Assembly (NCBI GenBank): GCA_951406725.2
Contig: OX597815.1
Location: forward strand, 77,872,001 to 77,936,000
DNA: 64,000 nucleotides
From: Octopus vulgaris
Taxonomy: Eukaryota
Direction: 5' to 3'
Positions within the stretch are counted from its first letter, which is position 1, and each line of letters begins with the position of its first letter. The translations under genes were made by a program, and so were the position numbers. Under the pieces are notes generated by a model that was not told the origin of the DNA, did no database searches, and was given only the letters and a program-made list of their open reading frames with translations. Shown piece by piece: positions 42,721-56,469 of this stretch.

Positions 42721-43127
42721 GTACTTCGTGCATTTATTTATTTATTTATTTGTTTATTTATTTATTTTGCTCTGCAACTTTTAAAAATATCTTTGTTTTC
42801 TTAGTTCCTTTTTATCTTAATTTTTATTTTATTTTATTTTACTTTTTCTGTTTTTTTTCTTTTTCTTTTTCGTTTTTTTCTCTTTTTTTTTTGTTTTCAT
42901 AATCTGGAATATTTAAGACACAGATGGGTATATAGTTAAGAAGTTTGCATCCCACTCAGTGACTTCAGATTCAGTCCTACTGCATGGTATACTGGCCAAA
43001 TGTCTTCTGTTGTAGTCCTTAGCTGAACAAAGCTTTGTGAGTGGATTTAGTTGTCAGAAACTGGAAGAAACCTGTCATTTGTATGTATATATGTGTGTTT
43101 GTGCTTATGTGTGTGTGAGTATAAAAA

Positions 43128-43460
43128 GGTAAAGACCCCCTTCGGTCATGAATGACCATGGAATTGCACCTATAGAGTTCCCCTCCTAGGCACAAGTCCA
43201 GGCAAGATTGTTTATGGAAGACCATCAGTCACCGATGCATACCAGCCTCCCTTCTCCACACTACCAATGTTATGCAAGTGAAAGGTAAAGCCCAGTACAG
43301 CTTGGCACCAGTTACATCACAACTCATTTCTACAGCTGAGTGAACTGGAGCAAGGTAAAAAGAAAATGTCTTGCTCGAGAACACGACACACAGTCCAGTC
43401 CAGTAATCGAACTTACTACCTCTCGGTTGTAAGCCCTATGCTCTAATAACTGAGCCATAC
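43128..43460 (-). mobile_element. tRNA-derived SINE family D
   Basis: Minus strand TGGCTCAGTTATTAGAGC (A box), AGTTCGATT (B box), TCTCGAGCAAGACA CORE-like segment. Fragments also at about 16190-16255 and 20990-21140. Confidence 0.75.
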
Positions 43461-43495
43461 ATATATAGGTATGTATGTACATGTATGCATAAATT

Positions 43496-43556
<61 letters not shown>

Positions 43557-43602
43557 AACCTTTACATAAATAAATAACGTGAAATACACGAAGATACAGA
43601 CA

Positions 43603-43986
43603 CAGGAGTGGCTGTGTGGTAAGTAGCTTGCTTCCCAACCACATGGTTCTGAGTTCAGTCCCACTGCATGGCACTTCAGGCAAGTGTCTTCTACTATAGC
43701 CTCATGCCAACCAAAACCTTGTGAGTGGATTTGGTTGATGGAAACTGAAAGAAGCCTGTCGTGTGTGTGTTTGTGTATTTGTGTGTCTGTGTTTGTTCCC
43801 CCACCATTGCTTGACAACTGATGTTGGTGTGTTTACGTACCCATAACTTATTGTTTCAGCAAAAGAGACTGATAGAATAAGTACTAGGCTTACAAAGAAT
43901 AAGCACTGGGGTCAAATTGTTCGACTAAAGCCAGTGCTCCAGCATGGCTGCAGTCAAATGACTGAAACAACTAAAAGAGTAAAAGA
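43603..43986 (+). mobile_element. Family B CORE-SINE, full length
   Basis: GGAGTGGCTGTGTGGTAAGTAGCTTGC ... GTGCTCCAGCATGGCTGCAGTCAAATGACTGAAACAA. Confidence 0.88.
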
Positions 43987-44191
43987 GTTGATTCGTTAGT
44001 TACTGCACGCATTTTTTTTCTCTCCTTCTTTCTGTGTTTTTTTCTCTCTGTGTATCTTTCTGTTGAAGAGCGTAGGCTCGAAACGTTAAAGACTTGTTTT
44101 ATTTATATTTCCTGAGCGCCATACTAATACAATTGTTCGTTTGTTTTCCACCTGCCTTCGTCTTTTGTCTATTTTCATAAAGCTTCCCGTT
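43987..44191 (+). mobile_element. Penelope-like terminal fragment ending in (AT)n, with hammerhead-like core (44055-44092)
   Basis: Nearly identical to 51415-51618, with a decayed reverse copy at 28372-28508. Motif TCTTT-ctg-TTGAAGA-GCGTAGGCTC-GAAA-CG-TT-AAAGA. Confidence 0.55.
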
Positions 44192-44750
44192 ATATATATA
44201 TATATATATATTTACTACTCCTGCTGTTCACTTCCCCCATCCACTCCTCTGCATCCCTCTATCTTTCTCAACTCATAGTTCTTGCTTCATCCACCCTTCA
44301 AACCTTCCAGTCTTAACATTCTGCTTCTTCATCCCTGGCTCCCCTTCAAATACAATCTTGCAAACCACCCATCAACCCACTTCTACTCAGTTTGTACAGT
44401 GTGGAGCCACCCAAGCACCTCATTGCTACTATTTATTTCTTACAGTTCCTATTGATCTTTTGCTATTCCTCTCTCCCCTTTTCCCTGCAAGATATGAGTG
44501 TTCTGCACCCCTTTGCCATCTCACCATAGTCCCCTCATCCCCTAGCATGATACTGACACTTCTCCCACCTCTTATTAGGGCTCATAGTTCTGCGAACTTA
44601 CACGGTGACCTCAATAATGAGGGTAGCATGAAATAAACACCCTGTTCATGTTGTAAAGGCAGTGCTCCACAATTAAAGGCTGTGCTCCAGCATGGCCATA
44701 GCCAAATGACTGAAACAAGTAAAAGAAAAGAATAACAGATGGATTGTGGT

Positions 44751-44833
44751 TCACTACAGCTGTTTCAGATGACATTTTTTATTGATGAATATAAATATTA
44801 CATAATGTGAAAAAAACTGTTTTCATCAGGTGA
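44751..44833 (-). ncRNA. Type I hammerhead ribozyme motif with long stem II insert
   Basis: Minus strand: TCAC-CTGATGA-(~56 nt)-GAAA-CAGCTG-TA-GTGA, with palindromic stem III ACAGCTGT. Confidence 0.55.
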
Positions 44834-45742
44834 CTACATGTAAGAATGAAACATTTTGAATATTTCAATAATAAGTCAAAAGTGCTATTTTGACTCTACT
44901 AACCAGGTGTTTTGTCTTGACATTGCAAAATAGTTGTAAATGAGTATCACTGTTGTACAAGCAGTGTCAGTCATTTCCAGTATTCTGTGAAAGCATATCC
45001 AGCCATGGGAGAGCTATTACATTACTTGGAAACATGTAAGGGTTAGTGGCAGGAAGGGCATCCAGCCATAGAAAATCTGTCTCAATAAATTCTGTCTGAA
45101 TCCATGCACGCATAGAAAAAATGGACAATAAACCAGTGGTGGCGATGATGATGATGATGGTTATCATCCACATCATCATGATCAATATTCAAGTGCTGGA
45201 TGTTGAATTGAATTAAAAATGTGAATTCATGCTGTTCAAGTGTTTCTTCTATGTTGCTCGCTGTTATAAAATTTTATCCAAAACAATTGGAATTCAAAAT
45301 GGAATGAGATAATCCAGTGCATCTCAAAGACTAAGAGCAAAAGGTGTATTCAAATTACGAAATCAAGTCTGAAAATTTATACAACATATTTGTCATGTGT
45401 GATGGCGTGCTTGATGAAACTCATTGATGAATAGGGCTTTTCTAGTCTTATTAACATAAATGAATAATTGAAAGATTTGGCATGTGTTTTCGTGTGTGTG
45501 TGTCTGTTTGTGTGTATGTTTGTGTATGTATGTATGTATATGTGCATGTGTGTGTGTGTGTGTGTGCATGTGATTTCACAAATGCACTCTTATATATGTG
45601 TGTTTATGATTGCATAGGAATACACATGCGCATGTAAATATGAGTGTGTGTGTGTTGTTTATGTTCATGAAATTGCGCACACACATGCACACACACACAC
45701 AGATATACATAACACATGTGTATTTGCAGGCATACAACCTGT

Positions 45743-45774
<32 letters not shown>

Positions 45775-46601
45775 TTCCACCATCACTGTCATCATCATCA
45801 TCATCATCATCATTATGTCTTTCCCCCAATGACAGAGACACATGTATCAATATGTACACATTTCAAATGTTTCCTAAATCATTATCAAAACTTATTAAAA
45901 TTTGTCTTCGCCGCCTCCTAATGTTTCTTGTTTCAGAGACATACTAGTCATTAGTCTGCACTGGTGTTTATTCAAGGTCACCTTTCAGATGACCATTTGA
46001 TATGAAAGGTTGTACATATCATAAAGACAGACTATTATTTGGTTGTAGCTGACATATTTTGTTTGACTCTTCACTGTTGAAGACAGTTTTATTAGATACA
46101 GTAACATGAATACATCCATTTTCTACTTTCCTATATTGAATGCGGGTAATTTTACACATCGACATTCTAAAGTTTTCTTGTATATTCCTATTTAAATTTG
46201 TGCATGTATTTGTTTAAATCTTAGTTATTTTCAGTAGTAGTTGTGTCTGCATACATATCTTTTATCTTTTATCTGTTTCAGTCATTTAACTGTGGCCGTG
46301 CTGGGGCACTACCTTGAAGGGTTTTAGTCGAACAAATCGACTACAAGACTTTTGTTTCTTTTATAAAAGTCTAGTACTTATTTTATTGGTCCTTTTGTTG
46401 AACTATGAAGTCATGGGGATGTAAACACACCAACATCAATTGTCAAGCAGTGGTGGGGGACAAACACAGGCACAAAAACACATACACACATAGACACACA
46501 CACACATAAACATACACACATGACAGGCTTCTTTCAGTTTCCATCTACCAAATCCACAAGTCAACTCACAAAGCTCTGGTTGGCTTGAGGCTATATTAGG
46601 A

Positions 46602-46829
46602 GGCAGCAAAGCTGGCAGAATCGTTAGCATGCCGGACGGAATGCTTAGTGGTATTTTGTCTGCCGTTACGTTCTGAATTCATTTTCCGCCGAGGTCGACT
46701 TTGCCTTTCATCCTTTCGGGGTCGATAAATTTTGTACCAGTTACATACTGGGATCGATCGACTTAATCTGTTTGTCTGTCCTTGTTTGTCCTCTCTGTGT
46801 TTAGCCCCTTGTGGGTAGTAAAAAAATAG
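46602..46829 (+). mobile_element. Family A SINE nested in a reversed family B SINE (46260-46930), TSD ATATTAG
   Basis: ATATTAG at 46593-46599 and 46830-46836. The host SINE resumes in register. Confidence 0.88.
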
Positions 46830-47200
46830 ATATTAGAAGACACTTGCCCAAGATGCTATGCAGTGAGACTGAACCCAGAACCATGTGGTTGGGAAGCAAG
46901 CTTCTTACCACACAGCCACGCCTGTGCCTGTATGTGCATACCCAAATCATCATCATCATCATAACATCCACTTATCCTTACCTGCATGGGACAGGCAGAA
47001 TTCATTGAGGTAGATTTGTTTTTTCTTTGGCCAGATGCCTTTTCTGTCTCCAGCCAGCACCTGTCTCCAAGCAAGGTAATATATGACATCCATAGCCAGA
47101 CATGTTTTCATGAAAGAAGGGAAGCAAACAAAATTTCTTGTGTTAGTGGTGCTTGTTTGCAACTATTCTTCAATGTCAAGACAAAGAGACACACACTCTT

Positions 47201-47252
<52 letters not shown>

Positions 47253-47551
47253 TACATACACTTTTCTTCATTCTCTCTCTCTAACTGTCTCTCATTCTCT
47301 CTCCCTCTCTCTAACTATCTCATTCTCTCTCTCTCACAAACACACACAAACACCTACATACACTTTTCCTCATTCTCTCTCTCTCTCTCACACACATACA
47401 TATACATATACTTTTTCTCTTTCTCTTTCATGTGCGTGCTCTCACACATACATACATATACTTTTCCTCATTCTCTCTCTCACTGTCATTCGCACACTCT
47501 CTCTCTCTCTCTCACACACACACATGCACACATACACACACACACACATGC

Positions 47552-47592
<41 letters not shown>

Positions 47593-49208
47593 CATACATG
47601 ATCATCATTTGACATCTCCATTTCATGCTGGCATATGTTGAATGGTTTGACAAGATCTAAGAAGCTGGAGGCCTGCTTTAAAACTCCAATATCCACTTCT
47701 GGCAAGGTTTCTATAGCTGGATGTCCTTCCTAAAACTAACCACTTCATAGAGTGTATTGGTTGCTTTTTTTTTTTTCTGAGGCACGTAGTTGGGTAGCTA
47801 CGTAACTCACAAAATAAACTCCCTTGACTAAGTGGCATAGTTAGAGATGGGGACAGATGTGAATGCAGTGAAAATGCATATGTGCATGTGCACATACACA
47901 CATACACACATGAACACACACATATATAGGGTGTTCATCTTTTATCTTTTGCTTATTTCAGTCATTAAACTGCAGCCATGCTGGGGCACCACCTTGAAGA
48001 ATTTTAGCCAAATGAATTGATCCCAGTACTTATTTTTTTAAGCCTTGTACTTATTGTATCACTCACTTTTGCTTATAAGCTATGGGGATGTAAACACACC
48101 AACACTGGTTGTCAAGCAATAGTTGGGAACTAACACAAACACACACACAGACACACATTTCTATATATATAACAGGCTTCTTTCAAATTCCGTCTTTCGA
48201 ACTTACTCAGAAGGCTTTGGTTGGCCCAAGGTTATAGTAAAAGACACTTGCCCAAGGTGCCACGTTGTTGGGTGGTGAAGGTAAGTTTGTGAAAGTATGA
48301 CAGGACAGTGGCATTGTTAGAGATAGAGATAAAGGTGAACACAGTGAGAAATATGTGTGCATGCACACACACACACATACACACACATGACTGGCTTCTT
48401 TCACTTTCCAGCTACCAGATCCATTCATAAGTATGTCATTTACCTAATTTAAACATTTCTATTAGGTCATGTTAGCAGTCATATGACCTGCTGTTAGGTA
48501 TTTCAGTGTTTCCAGCATAATTATATTATAGATTTTCATTAGTGTACACTATTGAGTTCAGTACCACCAGCTGAGATAGCTTGACAAAGAATAGGGTCTG
48601 CTAAGCTCACTTGTCGTAGATGTATAACCTGAAGATTGTATATTTGGGGTGGGGAAGTGCAATTTTTGAGAGTGTGACAGGATAGTGGCATAGTTAGAGA
48701 TGGAGACAGCTGTGAATGCAGTGAAAATGCATATGTGCATGCGTACACACACATACACACATGCACACACACATATATTGGGTGTTCAATTTTTATCTTT
48801 TGCTTGTTTCACCATCTGTACCACTACCAACACCAAATCATCACTGTGATTACTGCACTATTAACCAACACCAGTCTACATAAATACCACCACCATCACT
48901 ACACCCACCAAATCATCATCGTCACCACCGGCACCACTACTATCACCACCACCATTATCATCACCATCACTGCCATCATCATCATCACCACCACTATCTC
49001 CACCATTATCATCATCATCACCACCACCACCACCATTATCATCATCACCACCACCACCATTATCATCATCATCATCACCACTACCACCATCACCACTGAA
49101 ATCACTATCACTACACCATTGCAGCCACCAAATTGTTAACACCTTTACTATGGACATTACTACAACAACTCTATCTACAAGATCACCATCACCTCTTCTA
49201 ATAATACC

Positions 49209-49437
49209 TATTTCTTTACTACCCACAAGGGGCTAAACACAGAGGAGACAAACAAGGACAGACAAACGGATTAAGTCGATTACATCGACCCCAGTGCGTA
49301 ACTGGTACTTAATTTATCGACCCCGAAAGGATGAAAAGCAAAGTCGACCTCGGCGGAATTTGAACTCGGAATGTAATGGCAGACGAAATATGGCTATGCA
49401 TTTCGCCCGGCGTGCTAAGGTTTCTGCCAGCTCGCTG
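49209..49437 (-). mobile_element. Young family A SINE with ~17-bp TSD
   Basis: CCTCTTCTAATAATACC at 49192-49208 and 49438-49454. Confidence 0.9.
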
Positions 49438-49924
49438 CCTCTTCTAATAATACCATTACAGTGACCAGCACTGTCACCACCAAATCTCAGATGCACAACC
49501 ACCATCACAACCTGTACAAAATCCCAACCATCACCACATTCCAAACTCACATCACTACCTCAAACATCACTACTAGTAGCATGACCCCCTCCAGCACCAA
49601 TACCTAATCCACACAAAAAGTATCACCATTACCAACACAATTGCTTATATCACTATATGTGAGCCATAGTTAGCTCTGCTGACAAGATACCACTTGCATC
49701 TTTAATACACAATTTGTTGTCAATTCACTACAGACTATAGAAGTTAGTGTTAAATCCTTTGATGCATTGGAACCTGGGTAATTTCCCTGGATACAAGTGA
49801 ATGCCAGTAAGGTATGGGTTAGTTCTATTGCTGAACACCTACCATTAGGACTATGAATGATTTTATCACACTTCTGTTTGTCAAATCTCTTTTGATGTTC
49901 TTGAATAGATTCTGCAATGAGAAC

Positions 49925-49981
<57 letters not shown>

Positions 49982-50392
49982 TCCCACCTCTCGCCTCCCT
50001 TCCCTTTCCTCCTTCCTCCCCCCTTCTCTTTATATATGTGTATGCATGTATATGCACACACAGATGAAAACAAACATACATATATATTTATATACAGACT
50101 ATGTATAATATATATGTGTTAGGCAGTAAGTTGGCAGAAACGTTAGCACACCAGGCGAACTGCTTAGCTGTATTTCGTCTGTCTTTACATTCTGAGTTCA
50201 AATTCTGTTGAGGTCGACTTTGTCTTTCATCCTTTCAGGGTCGATAAATTAAGTACCAGTTGCATACTGGGGTCAGTCTAATAGACTAGCCCTCCCCCCC
50301 AAAATTTTGGGGCTTGTGCCTAGAGTAGACAAGAATATATATGTGTATGTATGTATGTATTTATGTGTGTGTGTATGTATATATATGTATAA

Positions 50393-50427
<35 letters not shown>

Positions 50428-50492
50428 GGTCCCGGGTTGAGTCGGGGTTAACCACAGTAAATAAGGTACTCAATACATAGCAGAGTAAATTA

Positions 50493-50620
50493 ATTTATTT
50501 TATAGAAGGAGCTTCTACAGGACTAGAACTGTTTCATTCAAAAGAAATCATCAGGAAGCTTCCTGATGATTTCTTTTGAATGAAACAGTTCTAGTCTCCT
50601 GTAGAAGCTCCTTCTATAAA

Positions 50621-50626
<6 letters not shown>
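50493..50626. repeat. Near-perfect 134-bp palindrome with hammerhead cores on both strands, within (AT)n
   Basis: Centre GGAAGCTTCC, arms of 66 and 68 bp. CTGATGA-TTTCTTTTGAAT-GAAA-CAGTTCTAG-TC on each strand. Confidence 0.9.
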
Positions 50627-50682
<56 letters not shown>

Positions 50683-50687
50683 ATATG

Positions 50688-50732
<45 letters not shown>

Positions 50733-50749
50733 ATATATATATATATATG

Positions 50750-50796
<47 letters not shown>

Positions 50797-50833
50797 ATAT
50801 ATATATATGTGTGTGTATATATATGTGTGTGTG

Positions 50834-50864
<31 letters not shown>

Positions 50865-50943
50865 ATATATATATGTGTGTGTATATATGTATGTATATGT
50901 GTGTGTGTGTGTGTGTATATATATATGTGTGTGTATATATATA

Positions 50944-51090
<147 letters not shown>

Positions 51091-51616
51091 GTGTATTATA
51101 CTCTCTCTCACACACACACACACACCTATACATACCAATACATACTAATACATACTAATACATACTAATACATACACCAACCCCATACATACGCACGTCC
51201 AGACCAATCTTACGCACTAATACTCTCTCATACACACACACACACCCTTATACATACTAATACATACACCAACCCTATACATACACACATCCAGACCCCT
51301 CCCACGCACTTTTAGCTGGTCCCTCAACCCATTTATCAACCCTATTATCTCCCCTTATTTCGCTCTCGCGTCTCATGTTTGATCTTTGACCTCTGGCCGA
51401 AATCAGATCGCCATGTTGATTCGTTAGCTACTGCACGCATTTTTTTCTCTCCTTCTTTCTGTGTTTTTCTCTCTCTGTGTATCTTTCTGTTGAAGAGCGT
51501 AGGCTCGAAACGTTAAAGACTTGTTTTATTTATATTTCCTGAGCGCCATACTAATACAATTGTTCGTTTGTTTTCCACCTGCCTTCGTCTTTTGTTTATT
51601 TTCATAAAGCTTCCCG

Positions 51617-51770
<154 letters not shown>

Positions 51771-51775
51771 ATATT

Positions 51776-51841
<66 letters not shown>

Positions 51842-51863
51842 TATCTATATATATTTATATATA

Positions 51864-52966
51864 CAGGGTGGGTGAAAAGTAAGTAGGTATTAAAAATTGG
51901 TAATAAAATCCATATTTCTTTTACAAATGTATTGAAACAAAAGATACATATTCTTTATTACATGGAAAAATGAAAGTAAATCTTCATATTTCAATGTAAG
52001 CACCAGTGGCGTCAACCAGTTTCCTCATATGGCCAGGGATTGAATGAACAACTTTCTGAAGGATGCCGTCTGGGATATCATTGAGAACCTCTTGAATCCA
52101 TGTCTCCAAGTCCTCTAGTGTGCGAGATTTTGTCTTATACACCTCTTTTGTCTAAACCCACTGGTAAAAATTACATGGAGTGAGATTTGGACTTTTTGGA
52201 GGCCATTCATGAGGTCCTCATTGTCCCATCCAACATCCTGGAAAATGTTGGTCTAACCATGCACACACAGTAAGAGCAAAATGAAGTGATGCACCATCCT
52301 GCATCAATATTAGGCCAGCAGTGTTGTCCCAACCAGACACCATGAGCCACACATAATTTTCAAGCATCTGAAGATATCGGTCCATAGTCTTGATATCACG
52401 CAGAAGATATGGACCTATGACTCTTGTTAACATTATTCCACACCATATGGTCACTTTTGATCAAGCTTGCATCTTCTCAACCATTATGCTCAGATCCTTA
52501 CCACATGGATGAAAATTCAATTCTTTATACAACACCGTATGTATTGTGTGTCTTGTTAGTCCACTTTCACAAACTGTTTAACATGTTGATTTTTGCATGC
52601 TGCAGTTAAACATTTCCTGCACTATTGCCACGTTCTCCACTGATCAGGATATGGTTGGACAACCACTTCTTGCATTGTTCACAGCACCCATAGTCATCAG
52701 TTTGCATGACAACTCTTTATTGTCTCCAGACTTAGTGTTGCATGCTTACCTTTCCATGCATGCCACCATCTCTGAACCAAAACAGTGGAATTCCACACTT
52801 CATAGTGGGCTGTTATCTTAGCTCGCTCCTGAACAGTCCAGCGACCAGTCATCTGGAAAACAAAAAATAAGAAATCCCCATTAGTGTTGTTTGTTTAAAA
52901 AATGATTTTATCATGACTTCAGTGATACCAAAAATTCTAATGCCTAATTACTTTCCACCCACCCTG
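51864..52966 (-). mobile_element. Tc1/mariner-superfamily DD41D-type element, decayed, inserted in (TA)n
   Basis: TIRs CAGGGTGGGTGAAAAGTAA ... TTACTTTCCACCCACCCTG. Transposase relic VTIWCG..IGPY..QDGASLH..FPGCWMG.*GPHEWPPKSPNLTPCN, with 41 residues between the second D and the third catalytic position. Confidence 0.85.
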
Positions 52967-53391
52967 TGTATATATATATATATATATATGTATTATGATT
53001 TTTATAATTTGTATTCCTATCTTATATGTATTGTATTATAAGTTATATATGTATGCTGTTGAGATTCTCATTTTGTTAAATGAATAAATAATCCAACATT
53101 CTAATATCCAAAAGTTGATGAACAAACTAAATTTGTTTCTCCATTTTCTTATTTGTACTATATATATATATTAAAAAATCCAAATTGAGGAAATGGAGCA
53201 GGTAAAATACAGGCTACATATGTTTTCTAGCTAGCAGAACCTTGGAAGTAATAATTACTCAACATGTACTCCACTAGTTATACACCAATATATATTATTA
53301 TTCCTAAAAGTTGTTTTTTAAACCTACTATGGATTTCTTGAAGCTTACTAACTTCCTACACCTAGATCCTTGGATCTTACAATTACATATC

Positions 53392-53490
<99 letters not shown>

Positions 53491-53788
53491 TGTTTAGCAG
53501 TATATTACTAATTATTGGCATATAACTCATCAGAATGTTAGCATTGGTTTTCCACTGACTATTACACCTAGACAATATTGATGACTCTTCAGACGTATTG
53601 GTGAATATATAACTGCTCGATTAAACATTTTGAGTGTGCTTTTTATTACTTATGAACAACTAGCTGATAATTTACATATCATCGTCATCATCATCATTTA
53701 ATGTCCATGTTCCATGCATGCATACGTTGGAGTTTGACAGAATCTAACTAACCTGTGGGCTATGTTGGTCTCCACTGTCTGCTTTTGC

Positions 53789-53961
53789 ACATCCATCCAT
53801 CCATCCATCCATCCATCCATCCATCCATCCATCCATCCATCCATCCATCCATCCATCCATCCATCCATCCATCCATCCATCCATCCATCCATCCCTCCCT
53901 CCCTCCCTCCCTCCCTCCCTCCCTCCCTCCCTCCCTCCCTCCCTCCCTCCCTCCCTCCCTC
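53789..53961. repeat. (CATC)n followed by (CCTC)n tetranucleotide repeat
   Basis: Directly visible. Confidence 0.95.
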
Positions 53962-55093
53962 TGTGTATCTGTGTGTGTGTGTATAAATGTATATGTGTAT
54001 GTATGCATTTATGTATGAATATGTGTGTACGTGTAAGTATGTATAGAATGAACTATCTATTTGGAGTCTGGGTAAACAGGAATGATAGATCATCCTTTCC
54101 CTGTGCTGGCACCTGGAAAGCTTCAACATTCTTTTAGTACAGCCTACATATCAAGAGTGCCAAATGCACTCTCTCACATGCACAAGAACACACACAGAAA
54201 TTAGTATTTATGTGTTTGCGTGCATATATATTTATACACATACTCATATGTATGGGTATGTGATATGTGTGTGCATGTATGTGTAAGGTAATGTGTACAG
54301 TGCATTTATACTTGCGTATATTTAAGTGTGGGTACATTTGTCCTGTGAATAACACAAATTAATATTCTCTTATGGAAAGGCTGTTAACTAATAAATCAAC
54401 AAAAATCAATTTTATTCCAATTTCTATAAAATAAGATTCATAATTCCCAATTTTGAAATTGTGTTGTAATTTATGGTGTTTTACTGTCATTCTATAGAAA
54501 TTGAAACAAATTCAGACTTATTCATTTATTTTTAATCTATAGTCCAAATAAAAGCTGATTTGGACCGTGATGACCTGTCCAACCCAGGCCACTATGGGAA
54601 AACAGATGTTGGACAATAATAGCGAAGGCGGTGATGTGTTTGAATTTTCCCATAAATTCAGGCTGCCAGAAATATTCAAATTTTCATAATTTTGTTGTTG
54701 TTTGTTCAAATTTTTTAATAATGATTTGTTGTTTATTTATCAAGTCATTCCTGAATAAGCAAACCTCAAATGAAAGGCATTCCAGCCATGACCATCCTGT
54801 TTTTTTCTAATCTACTTTTTTTTAAGTACATTTTTTCACTTTTAAAGCTGTGTATGATGTAAGTGACCACATGAAGCATATGTATTTGGCATCATATATA
54901 TGCATACACATTCACACACACATATACATACACTCACATACACGGACATACATGCATATATATACACATGTAAATATGTATGTATGTATATATATATATA
55001 TATATATTATATTAGAGGAAAAATCAAAACCCAAAGTAGAATGAATGTCTCAAGTCATTTAGAATAATTTAACTAGGGTAAGGTGAATTCAAA

Positions 55094-55169
55094 GTCTTAC
55101 AGCTGTTTCTGAGATAACCGAAGTGGTTGGTTAGCATGTCTACACACTGGGCATTCCATCATCAGAGAC
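55094..55169 (-). ncRNA. Type I hammerhead ribozyme motif
   Basis: Minus strand: GTCT-CTGATGA-TGGAAT...ATCTCA-GAAA-CAGCTG-TA-AGAC. Lies about 85 bp from an (AT)n tract. Confidence 0.65.
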
Positions 55170-55217
55170 AAGGTATGAATATTTTAGACAGGGGAAATTT
55201 ACAGTTTACAAGGAATA

Positions 55218-55373
55218 AAATTCACAGCTTATAGGGAATAAAATAGAAGAATAAAGATTAAAGGTAGTTAGAAGAATATAGGCAGGAGAATAATGTTCAC
55301 AACTCCTGCCTATATTCTTCTAACTATCATCAATCTTTATTCTTCTATTTTATTCCTTATAAACTGTGAATTT
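55218..55373. repeat. Inverted repeat, 71-bp arms with 14-nt spacer
   Basis: 55218-55288 is the reverse complement of 55303-55373 with few mismatches. Confidence 0.9.
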
Positions 55374-55378
55374 ACCAC

Positions 55379-55652
55379 ATGAAAACTGCTAACCACATGA
55401 TGTTCAAAGATTTCCATAAAGAAACAGTACACCAATTTGCTTGCCAAATATGGCAAACTCACAAATACAGCACCAGGAAGGTCAGCATTGACAGACTAAT
55501 GGCAGTGACCTTCATGGAAAGACGCCATCCTGATTATGTCCCAAGTACAGAAACAAGAAAAAAAGTGAAAGAAAGCAAGCTATGTGACAACTTGGTGTCT
55601 TGAGTGCAAAGTAGGTCTCTGCTTAGGTGCATGCTTTTGTGTGTTCCATTGA
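55379..55652 (+). pseudogene. piggyBac transposase C-terminal relic
   Basis: RL....FMERRHPDYVPSTETRKK, then (frameshifted) WCLECKVGLCLGACFCVFH*, the piggyBac cysteine-rich domain pattern. Confidence 0.7.
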
Positions 55653-56302
55653 TACAAGGATTATTGAACAACCCATGCTAGCATGGGGAACGGACGTTAA
55701 ACGACGATATATATATATATATATAATCATAAGTAGTAATTAAAATTTAATTTTAAAAATCTTGTTTTTTTTTTTGGTTTTTTTTTTGCATCCTGCATGA
55801 AAAGACTTGCTTAAAGAGTTAAAACATGATGATGACAATCGCAATAACACAGATGATGATTCATTATCTAAGTCTTTAGTTTGAGTATCAATCACAAGGT
55901 GATGTAATGGAGCTTATTCATCACCAAGCTATACTCGCTGGAGTTGAAGAAGGATGAGTGAAGTACATTTTTAAAAATTTTATTTTGTTCTCAGGGAGGA
56001 AGGTTTGGCATCCATGACTCATTATGTTTTCTGGGCCTTCAAGAGTGGTAGGAGGATAGGTGGAGTTGGTCTTCTTTCCTTTTACCTGTCTTATACTAGA
56101 GATCAAGCCTCTAGTTTAACTTATCCTCAAGCCAGAGACCTGAATGTTGCAACAGAGTGAACTCTGCTGAAAGCACTTAAGGACCAGGTGATGATGTTAA
56201 TCCGAACAACAGATAAAGTTGCCTGGTAACCACTAAAGAACTCAGAATACAAAGGTCTGGAACAATTACCTTACCTCCCTAATATATATTCATCTAACGG
56301 TT

Positions 56303-56469
56303 AGCTCTTACATGGTGGAAGCTGGCTTCAGCCATGCAAATGAAATCCTTACAAAACAGAGGAATCACCCGAACCTGGAGGAATGAGGCAATTTGAGACT
56401 GAAACTGACCAACATTCAGCCTGATATCATGCCTTGATTCAGGCTCACCATGCTCATCCCTCACATTGA
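56303..56469 (+). pseudogene. hAT (Buster/Charlie-like) transposase C-terminal relic
   Basis: SSYMVEAGFSHANEILTKQRNHPNLEE*GNLRLKLTNIQPDI..LIQAHHAHPSH*. Confidence 0.8.

Noticed and set aside
48735-49226. Thr/Ile- or Gly/Asp-rich ORFs
   Set aside because: Degenerate (CAC)/(CAT) trinucleotide repeat.
53500-53600. CTGATGA/CTGAAGA motifs on the minus strand (also 61358 plus, and GGCC..GGCC-GAAA at 33168)
   Set aside because: Complete hammerhead stems or core could not be assembled.
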